From contig CBDCTZ010000016.1 of NCBI GenBank assembly GCA_965222375.1, positions 3,411,963-3,475,962 on the forward strand: a stretch of 64,000 nt of DNA. The letters are read 5' to 3'. The notes under the pieces are model-generated. The model searched no databases and had not been told where the DNA came from. It was given only the letters and a program-made list of their open reading frames with translations. Source of the DNA: Polyangiaceae bacterium (GTDB lineage: Bacteria; Myxococcota_A; Polyangia; Polyangiales; Polyangiaceae). Made by a program: the position numbers and the translations under genes. This document shows, piece after piece, positions 29,418 through 39,261 of this stretch; the first letter of the stretch is position 1; every line of letters starts with the position of its first letter.

Positions 29418-30606
29418 GATCCACCGGAACTGAGCGATTACGAAAGTAGCGAGTCAGGGGCAATCCATCTCCGCCGATGTTGCCCAGACCCATGACCAAC
29501 GCGGAACCATCTACCAGTGCGACGATTTGCTCGAAGAGCTCTTCGACGTCGATGTCTTCCGCGAAAACGAAGCGGCCCGAGTCCACGCCGACGCGAATGG
29601 CAGCCCGGGCGAAGAGATAGGTGCCGGTACCCATCAGCACGTATTTGTCCGCGGGGGTCCAACTCGCGATCTCGGCGCCCAATCGAAGGCTCCGATCTGG
29701 CCGGTCCGCACGGCAGTTGAATACCGCGATCTTCGTTTTCACTCTCGGGTTGCGGGCCAGGGCTAGGTTCCAGAGCTGCTCGCTGGATATGGGGTCGTTT
29801 GCCGCGAAACCGTTGACGAAGACGATGTGACGACCAAAGAACGAAAGCTCGAAGGAAGTCAGCGCGCCTGGGTCCGGCTTGGTCTTGTACATGCCTTGGA
29901 GCGCGAGCTCCCGTTCGACACCCAAGTCTTCGCAGACGGAAAGGGCGAGCGCCACGTTGTCAGGGTGCTCCACGTAAGAGAAACGAGAAAGCTCCTCATC
30001 GCTGACTCGCGCGACTTCATCCCGATCGACCGTGACGAGGCTCGTGCCACGGTCTTCGGCGGCTTGCTTCAGGACCGGTAGCTGACGCTGCTCCGCCGTG
30101 AAGAGCTTTCCCTTCACGGGCACCATGCCGCAGAGCGCTCGTGCCACGTCGACTTCTCCTGGTCCCATCACGTCCAAGTGATCAGGGCGAGTATTGGTGA
30201 TGACCCCGTGGGTCGCCCGAACCAGCTTCAGCTCGCTCAGGGAGATCAACTCTGGCGTCAAGGCCATACACTCAACGATGAGCGCTTCAGCGTCGTGAGC
30301 CGCGGCTGCCGCCACGATGCGCTTTTGCTCGATCACATTGGCGCCCGAGGGGCGGAAGATCGGCAGCTCGCGGCCGTCGGGCAAGATGAAGCGGGCCAGC
30401 GTCCCGGTGGTTTTGGCGCAGGTCACCATGCCCGCCTCTCGCAGCGCCGATGCGATCAGTCGCGTGACGCTGGACTTTCCCCGAGTGCCACTGACGTGCA
30501 CTCGGATGCGGACCGTATCGAGCTTCTTGCGGTGCGCCCATAGTTCAGCTGCACCCAGGACGAGCAAAAGGGCGGTGGCGACGATCAGCAGAGTGGTGCC
30601 AGACAT
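29410..30606 (-). CDS. pgsB: poly-gamma-glutamate synthase PgsB/CapB (Mur-ligase-like)
   Basis: RVHVSGTRGKSSVTRLI, KTTGT, ECMAL, ITNTRPDHLDVMGP, NGFAANDP, NCRADRPDR, GNIGG. Confidence 0.95.
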   Translation of the reverse strand: MSGTTLLIVATALLLVLGAAELWAHRKKLDTVRIRVHVSGTRGKSSVTRLIASALREAGMVTCAKTTGTLARFILPDGRELPIFRPSGANVIEQKRIVAAAAAHDAEALIVECMALTPELISLSELKLVRATHGVITNTRPDHLDVMGPGEVDVARALCGMVPVKGKLFTAEQRQLPVLKQAAEDRGTSLVTVDRDEVARVSDEELSRFSYVEHPDNVALALSVCEDLGVERELALQGMYKTKPDPGALTSFELSFFGRHIVFVNGFAANDPISSEQLWNLALARNPRVKTKIAVFNCRADRPDRSLRLGAEIASWTPADKYVLMGTGTYLFARAAIRVGVDSGRFVFAEDIDVEELFEQIVALVDGSALVMGLGNIGGDGLPLTRYFRNRSVPVDHD

Positions 30607-30695
30607 GGCGGGCGGCTCGGGTATACGCCGAGGCTCGCCCTGTCCGCAATTCGTAAGCGATTCCCGAACTCAGGACGCCAGTCTGAATCCGTCTG

Positions 30696-32087
30696 TCACC
30701 AGGGAAACCACTCTCTCGGCATCTTCTGCCACTCGGTTGGGCGCCTTGGATCTCCCTCGGGGATGACCAGGGAGCCCACGAAGTCTGCGTGCTCGTAGAC
30801 GCCACCGATGCTCTTGGCGATTCCGTCCAAGTCCTTCTCGCTGACCACACCGTTGCTGGTGGCCTTGTAGAACTGCACAGTGATTCGAATCGGAAAGCGG
30901 TCATCGCGCACCAGCTTCAACCCGCCACCCTCTTCGAAGGGGCCTCGGTTTCTGCCGTGTCCCAGTACGGCTTGTTCGACATCACTGCGGGGCCGCGCAG
31001 ACTTCTTGGCGGGTGCGGCGCCGGCGGAGGGCGCTGCCATGTCGGCGGCCATCACCTCGCTGGCCGTGCCTTCGGCTAGGCCGCCCAGAAAGCCGCGCTG
31101 TTTGTGTTTCAAGGGGACCTGGATCAGGAACAGCGCGTCGGCGCCCCGAGCCAGAGCGCTCTTGTCGTCCTGGGTCTTGGGCCCGCCCTTGGCGGCGATC
31201 CGTTTCTTGACGTCGCTCTTGCGCTCCGCCGTGAAGGCTGCCCGCTGACCCTCGTTGTTGAAGTACAGCTCCTGTCCGGCGCCCCGGACGACGCTATCTT
31301 CAGGTCGATTCTCGATCACGGTCATGCTCGTGCCCTGGCGCGTAACCAAAATGGTCAGCACGGCTGGAGAGCCAGGCGCCGATTGGTAGTTGAAGATGAC
31401 CGGGTTGAACTCTGCCTTTCCCTTCTTGGGAATCGGCAGAAACACTGCTTGGGCGCTGACCAGGAAGTGCGTATCTCGCTTGGCTAATAGGTTGCCACTG
31501 CCCTTGATGCTCCAGGGCTTCGCGGCGAACTTGCGCAGGTTCTTCAGAACGTCTGTGAGGGGAACGGTTTTCAGCTGCTTCTTGTTGCGATGGTTGCCCA
31601 CGCGAATGAGGAACTTGTTGGCAGGTACATCTCCGGTTCGATCGCTGAAGTTCGGAAAGCGCAGTACCGGCATCAGCGCGGTGCGCTCGCCATCAGCACC
31701 CGGTTTGCGGTACCGGACCTGCAGCGTCAGGTCCGAGATGTTGGGCCCCAGAGACGAGCCCTTTGCGCGCCCGGTATCCTCCCACATCACGTTGAGAACG
31801 TTCAGACCGCGCCGCTTCGCTCCGCGAACGACCTGCTGGTCTCCGGTCATGGCTACCACCTTGTCGACCACTTTGGAGTAGCTTGGATCGCCGATGATGC
31901 CCCACTCTCCGTCGTCGGGCATCGGGTTGTCGGCATCTGGATCGCCAGTGGCGATTTGATTCTCGGTTCCCGAGGCCGCCACCGGTGCTGCGGGCTTGCC
32001 ACCGGGCGCGTTCGACTGGGGTTGCCCCGAGGCGCACGCCGCGAGGAGGGCCAAGGTCAAGCCGGTCAGTGAGCTGCGTTTGATCAT
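30696..32087 (-). CDS. lipoprotein of unknown function
   Basis: RBS AGGAG; lipobox LLAAC; ordered motifs WEDTGR..GPNISDLTLQV and RFPIRITVQFYKATSNG. Confidence 0.8.
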   Translation of the reverse strand: MIKRSSLTGLTLALLAACASGQPQSNAPGGKPAAPVAASGTENQIATGDPDADNPMPDDGEWGIIGDPSYSKVVDKVVAMTGDQQVVRGAKRRGLNVLNVMWEDTGRAKGSSLGPNISDLTLQVRYRKPGADGERTALMPVLRFPNFSDRTGDVPANKFLIRVGNHRNKKQLKTVPLTDVLKNLRKFAAKPWSIKGSGNLLAKRDTHFLVSAQAVFLPIPKKGKAEFNPVIFNYQSAPGSPAVLTILVTRQGTSMTVIENRPEDSVVRGAGQELYFNNEGQRAAFTAERKSDVKKRIAAKGGPKTQDDKSALARGADALFLIQVPLKHKQRGFLGGLAEGTASEVMAADMAAPSAGAAPAKKSARPRSDVEQAVLGHGRNRGPFEEGGGLKLVRDDRFPIRITVQFYKATSNGVVSEKDLDGIAKSIGGVYEHADFVGSLVIPEGDPRRPTEWQKMPREWFPW

Positions 32088-32108
32088 CGTGTTCTCCTAG
32101 GATCTTGA

Positions 32109-32134
32109 TACGTCTCACAACCAAAAACGTTTTG
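32109..32134 (-). promoter_or_regulatory. candidate ECF-sigma promoter (CAAAAC-N16-CGTA)
   Basis: Minus strand CAAAAC gtttttggttgtgaga CGTA, 21 bp upstream of the 32087 start; matches the generic ECF AAC/CGT pattern. Confidence 0.4.
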
Positions 32135-32156
32135 TGTCGGGGGCTACTTACACCAA

Positions 32157-32188
32157 CGCCGAGCACGCGAGGAGTCGCATGCTCGGCG
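32157..32188 (-). terminator. GC-rich hairpin after the VIT/vWA gene, possible terminator
   Basis: CGCCGAGCA-tGCGA-ctcc-TCGCg-TGCTCGGCG stem; only a weak T tail. Confidence 0.45.
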
Positions 32189-32208
32189 CTGACCGCGACG
32201 CTCGAACT

Positions 32209-35200
32209 CTAGCGCCAACCGAAGTTGCGGACGGGCACCAGGCGCGACTGCATTCGGATCTTCGCGACACCGATCGTCGTGCGGGTCCCGTCCAGCGTGA
32301 AGGGAATGATCTGGCGCTTCCCGGCGATGTTGACCGTGACTTCTCCGCGCACCTGCGCGCCGGTGCCGCCACCGGCGCGTGCGATTTCGATCACATACTC
32401 GCCGGTCTTGGCGCCGCGAAGCGACAAGCCCTCACGCTGCCGACTCTGTACGTCAGTGGCGGTAATGACCGAGCGGGTCGGCGCTCCGAGCCACGAGACG
32501 CGATGCCCATCAGGATGGATGATCGCGAGGTCGAGGTCCGCATCGCCGCTCCATTTGGCTTCCACACGGAAGTCGCCGGACAGCTTGTCGCTACGCTTGT
32601 CAATCCGTGGGATGAGCCGCTCCGCGACGCGCTGCACGCGCCTTTCAGCACCCGAAAGCATGTCGTTGGCCATTCTGCTGAGTCCAGTCTGGCGGGCACA
32701 GCTGACCGCTTCTGCAAGGAGCTTGGCATCTCCACTTCGGATTTGGGCGATTGCCAAGGCGTGGCGACAGCCAACGTCGGGGCGACCCGCCCAACGATGC
32801 AGACGCGCCAGCCGCCGCTGGGCAGGCACATCGTCGGGCCGAACGTCCACAACACTACCGAGAATGCGAATGGCGAGTTCTCGGTCCCCAGTTCGCGATG
32901 CCAGATCTGCCCGAGCCGTCAACGCATCCGCGTCCAGGGGCTCCTTTTGGCTCCAGCGTTCCGCAGTCGTGAATGCCTTCTCCACGTCGCCTGCGAGCAT
33001 CAGGAGCGAGTAGAGCTTCTTCACTGCAGCACGACGGTTGGGGTTCTGCTCCACGTCCCGCTCAGCGACGGCAATGACAGACGGAAGGGCGGTGGTGGGA
33101 ATCGCGTTGCTACTGGCTTCGAAGCTGCCCTTGCGTTCCCAGATCCGGCGCATGGGGATCATGCGTCGACCACGAGGACGTCGCCAGGGACGTCGGTTAC
33201 TGCTACGCCGATCCAGTTCGAAGGCACTGCTGTCTCGAGGTTTGGACTTGGCTTCCTTCTTGGACTTCTCCGCGAAGACGGGCTCCTCTGCTGGAGTCGC
33301 CGCCGCTGGCGGGCGCGGCGTCGGCGCTGGCTTCTTCATGGGCCGGCTGAAGCCGCCGGGCTTGCTGTCCGATGCGGCCGATTGGCCTAGCCCGAAGCCG
33401 CTGTCGCCAAAGTCGTCTCGAGTGGACAGCGTTACTGGGCCGCGAGCCCTCTTGCCACCGCCCCGGGGCGCCAAATCGCCTACCGGATCTTCTTGATCCT
33501 CCAGCTCATCGAGGCCCGTAGCCACGGAGCCTTCCGCCGCCTCCTCGCCAGTCCATTGGTGGCTGGTGCGGGTGTTGTCTAGACCGAAAGCGCGGAACAT
33601 GGCCTTGCTCTCCAGCACCAGAAGTGAGGTGTAGCGGCTCGCCACGTCGAACTCGCTGGAGAGCTTGATGGCCTCCTTCTTCGCCTCAGCAACAGTCTCG
33701 CGCTCCAAGTCGGCGATGCGTGTTGCGGCGAACAGCCGCGGAACGAAAGCATTACCCTTGGCGGTGCTTGCAAGCAGGCGGATGGGGTAGCGTTGTTCGA
33801 AGCGCTCCTTGCCGACCCGGCCCCGAAGAACCACGGTTCCGTCGAGTTCGTTCGCCTTCATTCGCGCCACCACTAGCTGCTCGCCGCCGGCGACGATGGT
33901 GTCGAGGCGTTTGGGTGCCACGGCGGTGAGAGCGGCAGGTAGCTCCACCGTAACGTCTTGCAGGGTGGTCCCGTAGGACGCGCCGAGCACGGCGAACGCG
34001 ACTTCCGCGGTCGTCTGGCCGGGCACGTAGGGCAACACCACGCCGCCGCCACCACGGGATAGGGCGCTGAGGGAATCCAAGTCCGAGTCCGCGCCAATGG
34101 CGACTGCCGTGACCGTACCGGAACCTGGCGGTACTGCGTCTTGTACGGCGCGCGTCACGTAAGCCGGTCGGATTGGACCCACCGTCGGCGTTCCGTCGCC
34201 GATGTATACGATGCGCACTGAGCCCTCTCCGCCCTGCGCAGCTCTACGAGCCGCAGCAAGTGCAGCGGTCGGGTCCGAGGCGCCCTCAGGGCTCGAACCC
34301 TCGAGGAAGCGTCTTGCTTCCAAGGCGGCTTGGGAGCTTGGCACGCGGGGGCCGCCGGTCATCGTGCGGCAAGAGGTATCGCAAGCGAGAACCGTGAATC
34401 GGTCGCCGCGGTCGAGTTCGCGCACAGTCTTTTCTGCCACGGCAATCGCGCGACGATAGCTCTCGCCGTACATCGAGCGGCTGGCGTCTACGACGATGGC
34501 GAAGGTGCGCTTCACGTTCTCTCGGGCGCGCGGCAGCTTCGGTCGCAACGCCAACGCAACGTAGGCGTCCGAAGGGTCCGTCGCCTCTGCCGCTTCGAGG
34601 GCGGCCTTGGACTTGTCCGCGGTTTTGGCGAGCGCCGGAGCCTTGCCCGACACGGGTTTCGCCTGGGCTTTGACGCTCGGGCGGTACGCCCACGCGGAAA
34701 GTTCGGCGTCCCTGTTTGGTAGCGCAAGCTCCAGGGTCAAGTCGCCACTGGGTACGAAGTTCGTCGCTTTCATGTCCAGGCGCTGGGCCTTGCCCGACTT
34801 CGAGGAAGCCAGCTCGTAGCCGCTGCTCTTGACCCCAAAGCCCTGGTCGTGGCCCCGAACTTCCGCGTCTACGCTAAAGCGTTCGACCTTCGTCGAACCA
34901 CTCGGGTCGTGGGGTAGGGGATAGCTGTAGCGGCGTACGCCACCCGTGGGCTTGAGCATTTGGGTGTACGCGAGCACCACGCGCCGCGAGCCGCGCTTTG
35001 GGATCGGATAGATGCGCAGCTCGAAACGGCCGCCGCGCTGCCACTCGAGCAGGGCCGGGTCTTTCCACGGGCCGGGTACCCAGACAATCTCTTCACGGAT
35101 CTGCCGACGCAGCTTGGGAGCCGCGTTCACGATGGCTCCGCGCCAAATCGAAGCTGCACGATCGCGGTCGACGAAGGCGCCTTCCTCTAGCTTGCCGTCG

Positions 35201-36669
35201 ACCTCGAGGGCCAACCGCTCAATCTTGGCATCCGGCGGGATCGGGAACCGGTAGATCCCCTCCAATACCTCGTCCGTGTTGTTGGTGAAGGTCTCGTCGA
35301 CCTCTGTGCGGGCCATGACTCCGGCAATGCGCACCTTCACCGAGTGGGAGGTGAGGGTGACGGCGCCGGAACGCTCGGTCTTGTCTCCGGGCTTTTTGGC
35401 CTTGAGTTCGCCCAAGCCGCGTGCTGGCACATCTTCGGCCTCGCTTTCCGCCGACGCGGCTTCGCTCCAGGCGAGGGCTTCACCCAGGGAGGGTGCCGGG
35501 CTCACGAAGGGTGGAGAGCCAGCGAGCAGGCGCCCCTCTTCTCCCGCTCGAACCGTGACTTTGCGATCCTCTGCACCGACGAGCTCGACCTTGCCGCGGC
35601 TCACGTCCACGCTGGCGCTGTCGTCGAGGACTTTGATTGCCAACTTGGTTCCCAGGACATTCACATGCCCCTTAGGCAGGTCGAAGCGAGCTTGTTTGCC
35701 TTCGATCTTGGCGACGTCCGCCACTAGACCGCCTCGGGTCAACTTGGCGCGGCGGCCGGTGTCATCGGAGAGTTCCAGGCGGGTGGAGTGATCCAAGGTC
35801 ACCTTCGTGCCGTCGGCCATGGTGAGCTGAGCGCGCGTCGTGCCATCGGTAACCAAGGCGCGCCCGGCCTCGACGTCGCTTTCAGCAGACACAGCCGTGC
35901 ACTCATCATCATCGGTGCACACGCTCAGGCCGCTCTTTTCGCCACTGGCACTCACGATGTGCGAAACCTTGCCGCTCCAACCATCGCCGTCGCCCAAGCT
36001 CGGGGCGCCGCCCCGCAACATCACGACGGCCGCCGCCGCAGCTGCGAGTCCGGCAAGACCACCACCCGCGAGCAGGATCAGTTTGCCGCGCGAGCGGGTG
36101 GTCAGCGGCTTGGGGCGCTCATCGATCTTGCTCCCCTCAGCCGCCCCTTGGGCGGTGGGCACAGGTGCTGGGGCGGGCATCTCCTCGGTTTGCGCTTTGG
36201 GGTTTTCACTCTTGAGGGTGTCGTGTCGATCCGCCGTAACCGCGGCGGGTTCGTCCATGCGCGCGGTGATGGGCGGCGCAGAGTCGGGCGGCGCGCTGCT
36301 GTCTTCGCCGTCTCGGCCCTCAGCGTTCGCGCCCGCCGCTACCTCCGCAGAGGCAGCCGGCACTGCGCTCGGTGCAGTGGCGTTTTCGGGGGCTGGCGGG
36401 GCGGTGACTTGATTGTCGGCGGCGTCTCCGGAACCACCAATACGACGATCGAGTTCCGCGAGCACGCGCGCCTCGAGATCGTCCTGCGCGATATAGTCGG
36501 CTCCAGCCGACGCGACCAGCTCTGCCAGACGCTCTCCCTCGTAGCGGAGGTCCCGGCAGGCATCACAGTCCGCCACATGGTCGAACAGCTCGTCCGCAGC
36601 GGTTCCATCGAGGATCTCGCTGAGGTGGTCTTCCACCTTGGCGCACAGCGTCGTGTCTTCCTCGGTCAT
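32209..36669 (-). CDS. giant anti-sigma-type protein: ZAS zinc finger - TM - FecR - VIT - vWA - TPR - YfaP/DUF2135-like
   Basis: ATG 36669 just after the sigma stop; HVADCDAC; TM; FecR DGTKVTLDHSTRL..VLGT..VSRGKV; VIT ARTEVDETFTN..EGIYRFPIP..DPALLEW; MIDAS DASRS and IGDG; WSGDADLDLAIIHPDG. Confidence 0.88.
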   Translation of the reverse strand: MTEEDTTLCAKVEDHLSEILDGTAADELFDHVADCDACRDLRYEGERLAELVASAGADYIAQDDLEARVLAELDRRIGGSGDAADNQVTAPPAPENATAPSAVPAASAEVAAGANAEGRDGEDSSAPPDSAPPITARMDEPAAVTADRHDTLKSENPKAQTEEMPAPAPVPTAQGAAEGSKIDERPKPLTTRSRGKLILLAGGGLAGLAAAAAAVVMLRGGAPSLGDGDGWSGKVSHIVSASGEKSGLSVCTDDDECTAVSAESDVEAGRALVTDGTTRAQLTMADGTKVTLDHSTRLELSDDTGRRAKLTRGGLVADVAKIEGKQARFDLPKGHVNVLGTKLAIKVLDDSASVDVSRGKVELVGAEDRKVTVRAGEEGRLLAGSPPFVSPAPSLGEALAWSEAASAESEAEDVPARGLGELKAKKPGDKTERSGAVTLTSHSVKVRIAGVMARTEVDETFTNNTDEVLEGIYRFPIPPDAKIERLALEVDGKLEEGAFVDRDRAASIWRGAIVNAAPKLRRQIREEIVWVPGPWKDPALLEWQRGGRFELRIYPIPKRGSRRVVLAYTQMLKPTGGVRRYSYPLPHDPSGSTKVERFSVDAEVRGHDQGFGVKSSGYELASSKSGKAQRLDMKATNFVPSGDLTLELALPNRDAELSAWAYRPSVKAQAKPVSGKAPALAKTADKSKAALEAAEATDPSDAYVALALRPKLPRARENVKRTFAIVVDASRSMYGESYRRAIAVAEKTVRELDRGDRFTVLACDTSCRTMTGGPRVPSSQAALEARRFLEGSSPEGASDPTAALAAARRAAQGGEGSVRIVYIGDGTPTVGPIRPAYVTRAVQDAVPPGSGTVTAVAIGADSDLDSLSALSRGGGGVVLPYVPGQTTAEVAFAVLGASYGTTLQDVTVELPAALTAVAPKRLDTIVAGGEQLVVARMKANELDGTVVLRGRVGKERFEQRYPIRLLASTAKGNAFVPRLFAATRIADLERETVAEAKKEAIKLSSEFDVASRYTSLLVLESKAMFRAFGLDNTRTSHQWTGEEAAEGSVATGLDELEDQEDPVGDLAPRGGGKRARGPVTLSTRDDFGDSGFGLGQSAASDSKPGGFSRPMKKPAPTPRPPAAATPAEEPVFAEKSKKEAKSKPRDSSAFELDRRSSNRRPWRRPRGRRMIPMRRIWERKGSFEASSNAIPTTALPSVIAVAERDVEQNPNRRAAVKKLYSLLMLAGDVEKAFTTAERWSQKEPLDADALTARADLASRTGDRELAIRILGSVVDVRPDDVPAQRRLARLHRWAGRPDVGCRHALAIAQIRSGDAKLLAEAVSCARQTGLSRMANDMLSGAERRVQRVAERLIPRIDKRSDKLSGDFRVEAKWSGDADLDLAIIHPDGHRVSWLGAPTRSVITATDVQSRQREGLSLRGAKTGEYVIEIARAGGGTGAQVRGEVTVNIAGKRQIIPFTLDGTRTTIGVAKIRMQSRLVPVRNFGWR

Positions 36670-36673
36670 CGTC

Positions 36674-37267
36674 TTACTCCTTACTCCTGGCGACATCCCG
36701 CAATTTGCAGAGCGCCCTCGAGACTCGTTTTCGCGCGGCGGCCTCTTCGATGCCGCACGCCTGTCCCACTTCCCGAAATGACAGCTCGCTGCCGTAGCGC
36801 AGCCAAAGGGCTTCTCGTTCACTGGGCCGGACTTGTTCCAGCATGGCGCGGGCCTTTTCGGCCCGTTGCCTCAAGACGACGAGTTCCTCGGTTGTGTCCG
36901 CGCGCGAAGCGTCTACGACGAGCCGTAGCCGCGAGCGCTGTCGGGAAGATTTTTCAATGTGTCGTGCGCACTTGCGGCGAGCGATGGTCAAGAGCCATGC
37001 TTTGAGTGAGCCTTCCGCGCGGTATCCGGCGAAGCCGGCGTGCGCATCCAGAAGCGTCTCCTGAGTCAGATCGTCGGCCTCCGAGCTAGAGCCCGTTAGC
37101 GCCATACACAGTCGGCCGATCGCCGCCCCATGCTGCTTGGCACAGAGAGACAGCGCCTCTCTATGCCTGCCGTCGGCGATGGCGCCGATGATGGCCTGGT
37201 CTTCGGGTGACACCTGCGGTCGTTCACTCCGTGCCGCGCTCGTTCCTGCTTCCGCCGAATGCCCCAT
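36674..37267 (-). CDS. ECF RNA polymerase sigma factor
   Basis: Region 2 EADDLTQETLL..KAWLLTIARR; region 4 REALWLRY..LSFREVG..AARKRVSRALCKLR. Confidence 0.93.
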   Translation of the reverse strand: MGHSAEAGTSAARSERPQVSPEDQAIIGAIADGRHREALSLCAKQHGAAIGRLCMALTGSSSEADDLTQETLLDAHAGFAGYRAEGSLKAWLLTIARRKCARHIEKSSRQRSRLRLVVDASRADTTEELVVLRQRAEKARAMLEQVRPSEREALWLRYGSELSFREVGQACGIEEAAARKRVSRALCKLRDVARSKE

Positions 37268-37504
37268 GTGTCCTCTCTTCCCCTGTGGCTGAGTGTCGCC
37301 GATCCGTGACCGCATTTTTTTCGCCCAATGGACAACGCTGGGTCGCGGCGGGCCTTGCAGCTCGTTCCTGGGTCGCTAATAAAGATAATAAATTCGAATA
37401 GTTACGAGGCAACTTCCCGGACTGGGGGTGACCTGCATCGGGACCGCTATCGGTCCCGGACTTTTGGCCCGGTCCGCGGGGCACGTGCCACGATCCGATC
37501 CGCC

Positions 37505-37909
37505 ATGCACAACGAAGCCGTCGTAGTTCTGGAGCGAGGTACCGCTCTGCCGCCTTGGATGGACGCCGAGCTGGGCGCCGAGTCCAGCATCTTCGTCCGC
37601 GCCGAGGGCGCTGGGGAGGCGCCTTCAGCTTTCGCGACCCGCGTCACTGAGGGCATCGAACGCGGCGAACTGCCCCGACGGGCGCGCATGTGTGTGCTGG
37701 TGGTGGGGGATGACTCGGGCCGCGAGCGGACCCTAGCCCGAGGGGCGATGCTGATTTCTTTATGGGAATTGGGTCGCGTCATTGTGTTGAGCGAGTCCAC
37801 CAATCTCGCCCTAGAGCAACTTGCGGCGATGTACGACGCAGAGCTTCGGATTGAGACACGGAAGTCCGAAGATCACGAAGAGCCCATCAGCGTACGCCGC
37901 GTAGCCTGA
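37505..37909 (+). CDS. hypothetical protein
   Basis: 134-aa ORF with globular composition, divergent from the ECF gene. Confidence 0.55.
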   Translation: MHNEAVVVLERGTALPPWMDAELGAESSIFVRAEGAGEAPSAFATRVTEGIERGELPRRARMCVLVVGDDSGRERTLARGAMLISLWELGRVIVLSESTNLALEQLAAMYDAELRIETRKSEDHEEPISVRRVA

Positions 37910-37968
37910 ACCCGCGTCAGCCCCTTTAGCCAACACCTAACCAGTCGGAAGGCGACCGGGGCCGGGGC

Positions 37969-39261
37969 CTGACGGCTCCCCACGAATTTCTTCGGAGAAT
38001 CGTGCGGGTACGAATGGATTGACGACCACACAGGCCTTTGATCTTCTGGAGTTAACCACAACGTCCAAAGGGAGACCTGTGCAGTCACTGGCTAAAGTAC
38101 CCAAACTCTTTGGTGATTCGCTACGCGGAATTCATTCGGCTCGAGTGAAGCTCGTTTTTGCTTTGGTTGCGGGACTGTTACGGGGCGGCCGCGCCACCGT
38201 GATCAGCATCGGTCGGGGTGTGTGAAGTACGGCGACCGAAAAACACCGCATCAAGCGGGCGGATCGTGCGCTTTCGAATCGCCATTTGCAGGCAGAGCTT
38301 GTGACTTGGGGGGCCGCGCTCGCGTGGAGGGTTTTGCGTCACTGCGAGCGTCCGGTGATCCTGGTGGACTGGACGAAGCTCTCGGACCGGCACGTCGCCA
38401 TACGTGCTTCCGTAGCTTTTCAGGGACGCTCAGTTGTGATCTTAACGGAGCCGCGTCCGAGCAGGTTGCTTGGCAACCGGAAGATGCAGCAGAGTTTCTT
38501 GCGCAAACTCAAGAAGGTCGTGCCCTCGCAGTGCCGTCCCATCGTCGTGACGGACATTGGGTTCTTGGGGCCGTGGTTTGAGGACGTCCTCAGGGTCGGC
38601 TGGGACTTTGTTGGTCGACTACGCGGCGATCTGACCCCGCGTAGGTGCCGTGAAGAGCCTTGCCAGGTCGTGGCCTATCAGAAAAAAATTGCTACCCATC
38701 AGCCGGAGGATCACGGCCAACACTTGCTGAGACTCAAAGCGCCATACGAAGCAAGGATTGTAACCTATGACGGTCGCAGTCGGCGGGCCTCGCGTCGGCG
38801 TCGAACGCTTCCTCGAAAGAACAGCGACCGCAAAAACGTCTTGCGCGCAACGCGTCCCTAGGTCCTAGCGACATCGCTGAAGGCCGAATCGGCGGCACAA
38901 ATCGTGCGGGCATATGCTCGTCGAATGGAAATCGAGGAATCCTTCCGTGACGACAAGAGCTCTCGCTACGGTTGGGCACTCGAGCAGAGCATGACTCGCA
39001 AGATCAACCGATTGCGCGTCCTGCTCATGCTTACTGCATTCGCCAGCTTCATCGCGCTGCTCGTGGGCGCCGCCGCCGAAGAGCGAGGACTCCAGAGACA
39101 CTTCCAGGCCAACACGACACGAACTCGACGTGTGCTTTCCATCATTACTCTCGGCAGACGATGCCTTGAGCGCGATACCCCTCACATATTCAGGGCGCTT
39201 GTCGACGGTCTGTCGGCACTCCGCGCGCTGGAGGCCGTGTGATTTCGTGGGGATCCGTCAG
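37969..39261 (+). mobile_element. IS4-family (IS10-like) insertion sequence, 1293 bp
   Basis: 18-bp terminal IRs CTGACGGCTCCCCACGAA / CTGACGGATCCCCACGAA (1 mismatch); 9-bp flanks GGCCGGGGC / GGCCGGGGG; transposase inside. Confidence 0.92.
38079..39242 (+). pseudogene. IS4/IS10-like transposase with two in-frame nonsense codons
   Basis: Three ORF-track pieces share one frame; TGA at 38223 and TAG at 38859; motifs KHRIKRADR, LVDWT, VTDIGF, YARRMEIEESFRDDKS (YREK); RBS GGAGA before GTG 38079. Confidence 0.88.

Noticed and set aside
32134..33390. Long plus-strand ORFs opposite real genes (this one, 35788-37005 and similar)
   Set aside because: Stop-poor antisense frames are expected at high GC; no recognisable motifs
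38223..38861. Selenocysteine/pyrrolysine recoding or alternative genetic code in the transposase
   Set aside because: Two different stop codons, TAG at an expected Trp, and TGA/TAG end normal genes throughout the window; simple nonsense mutation fits better
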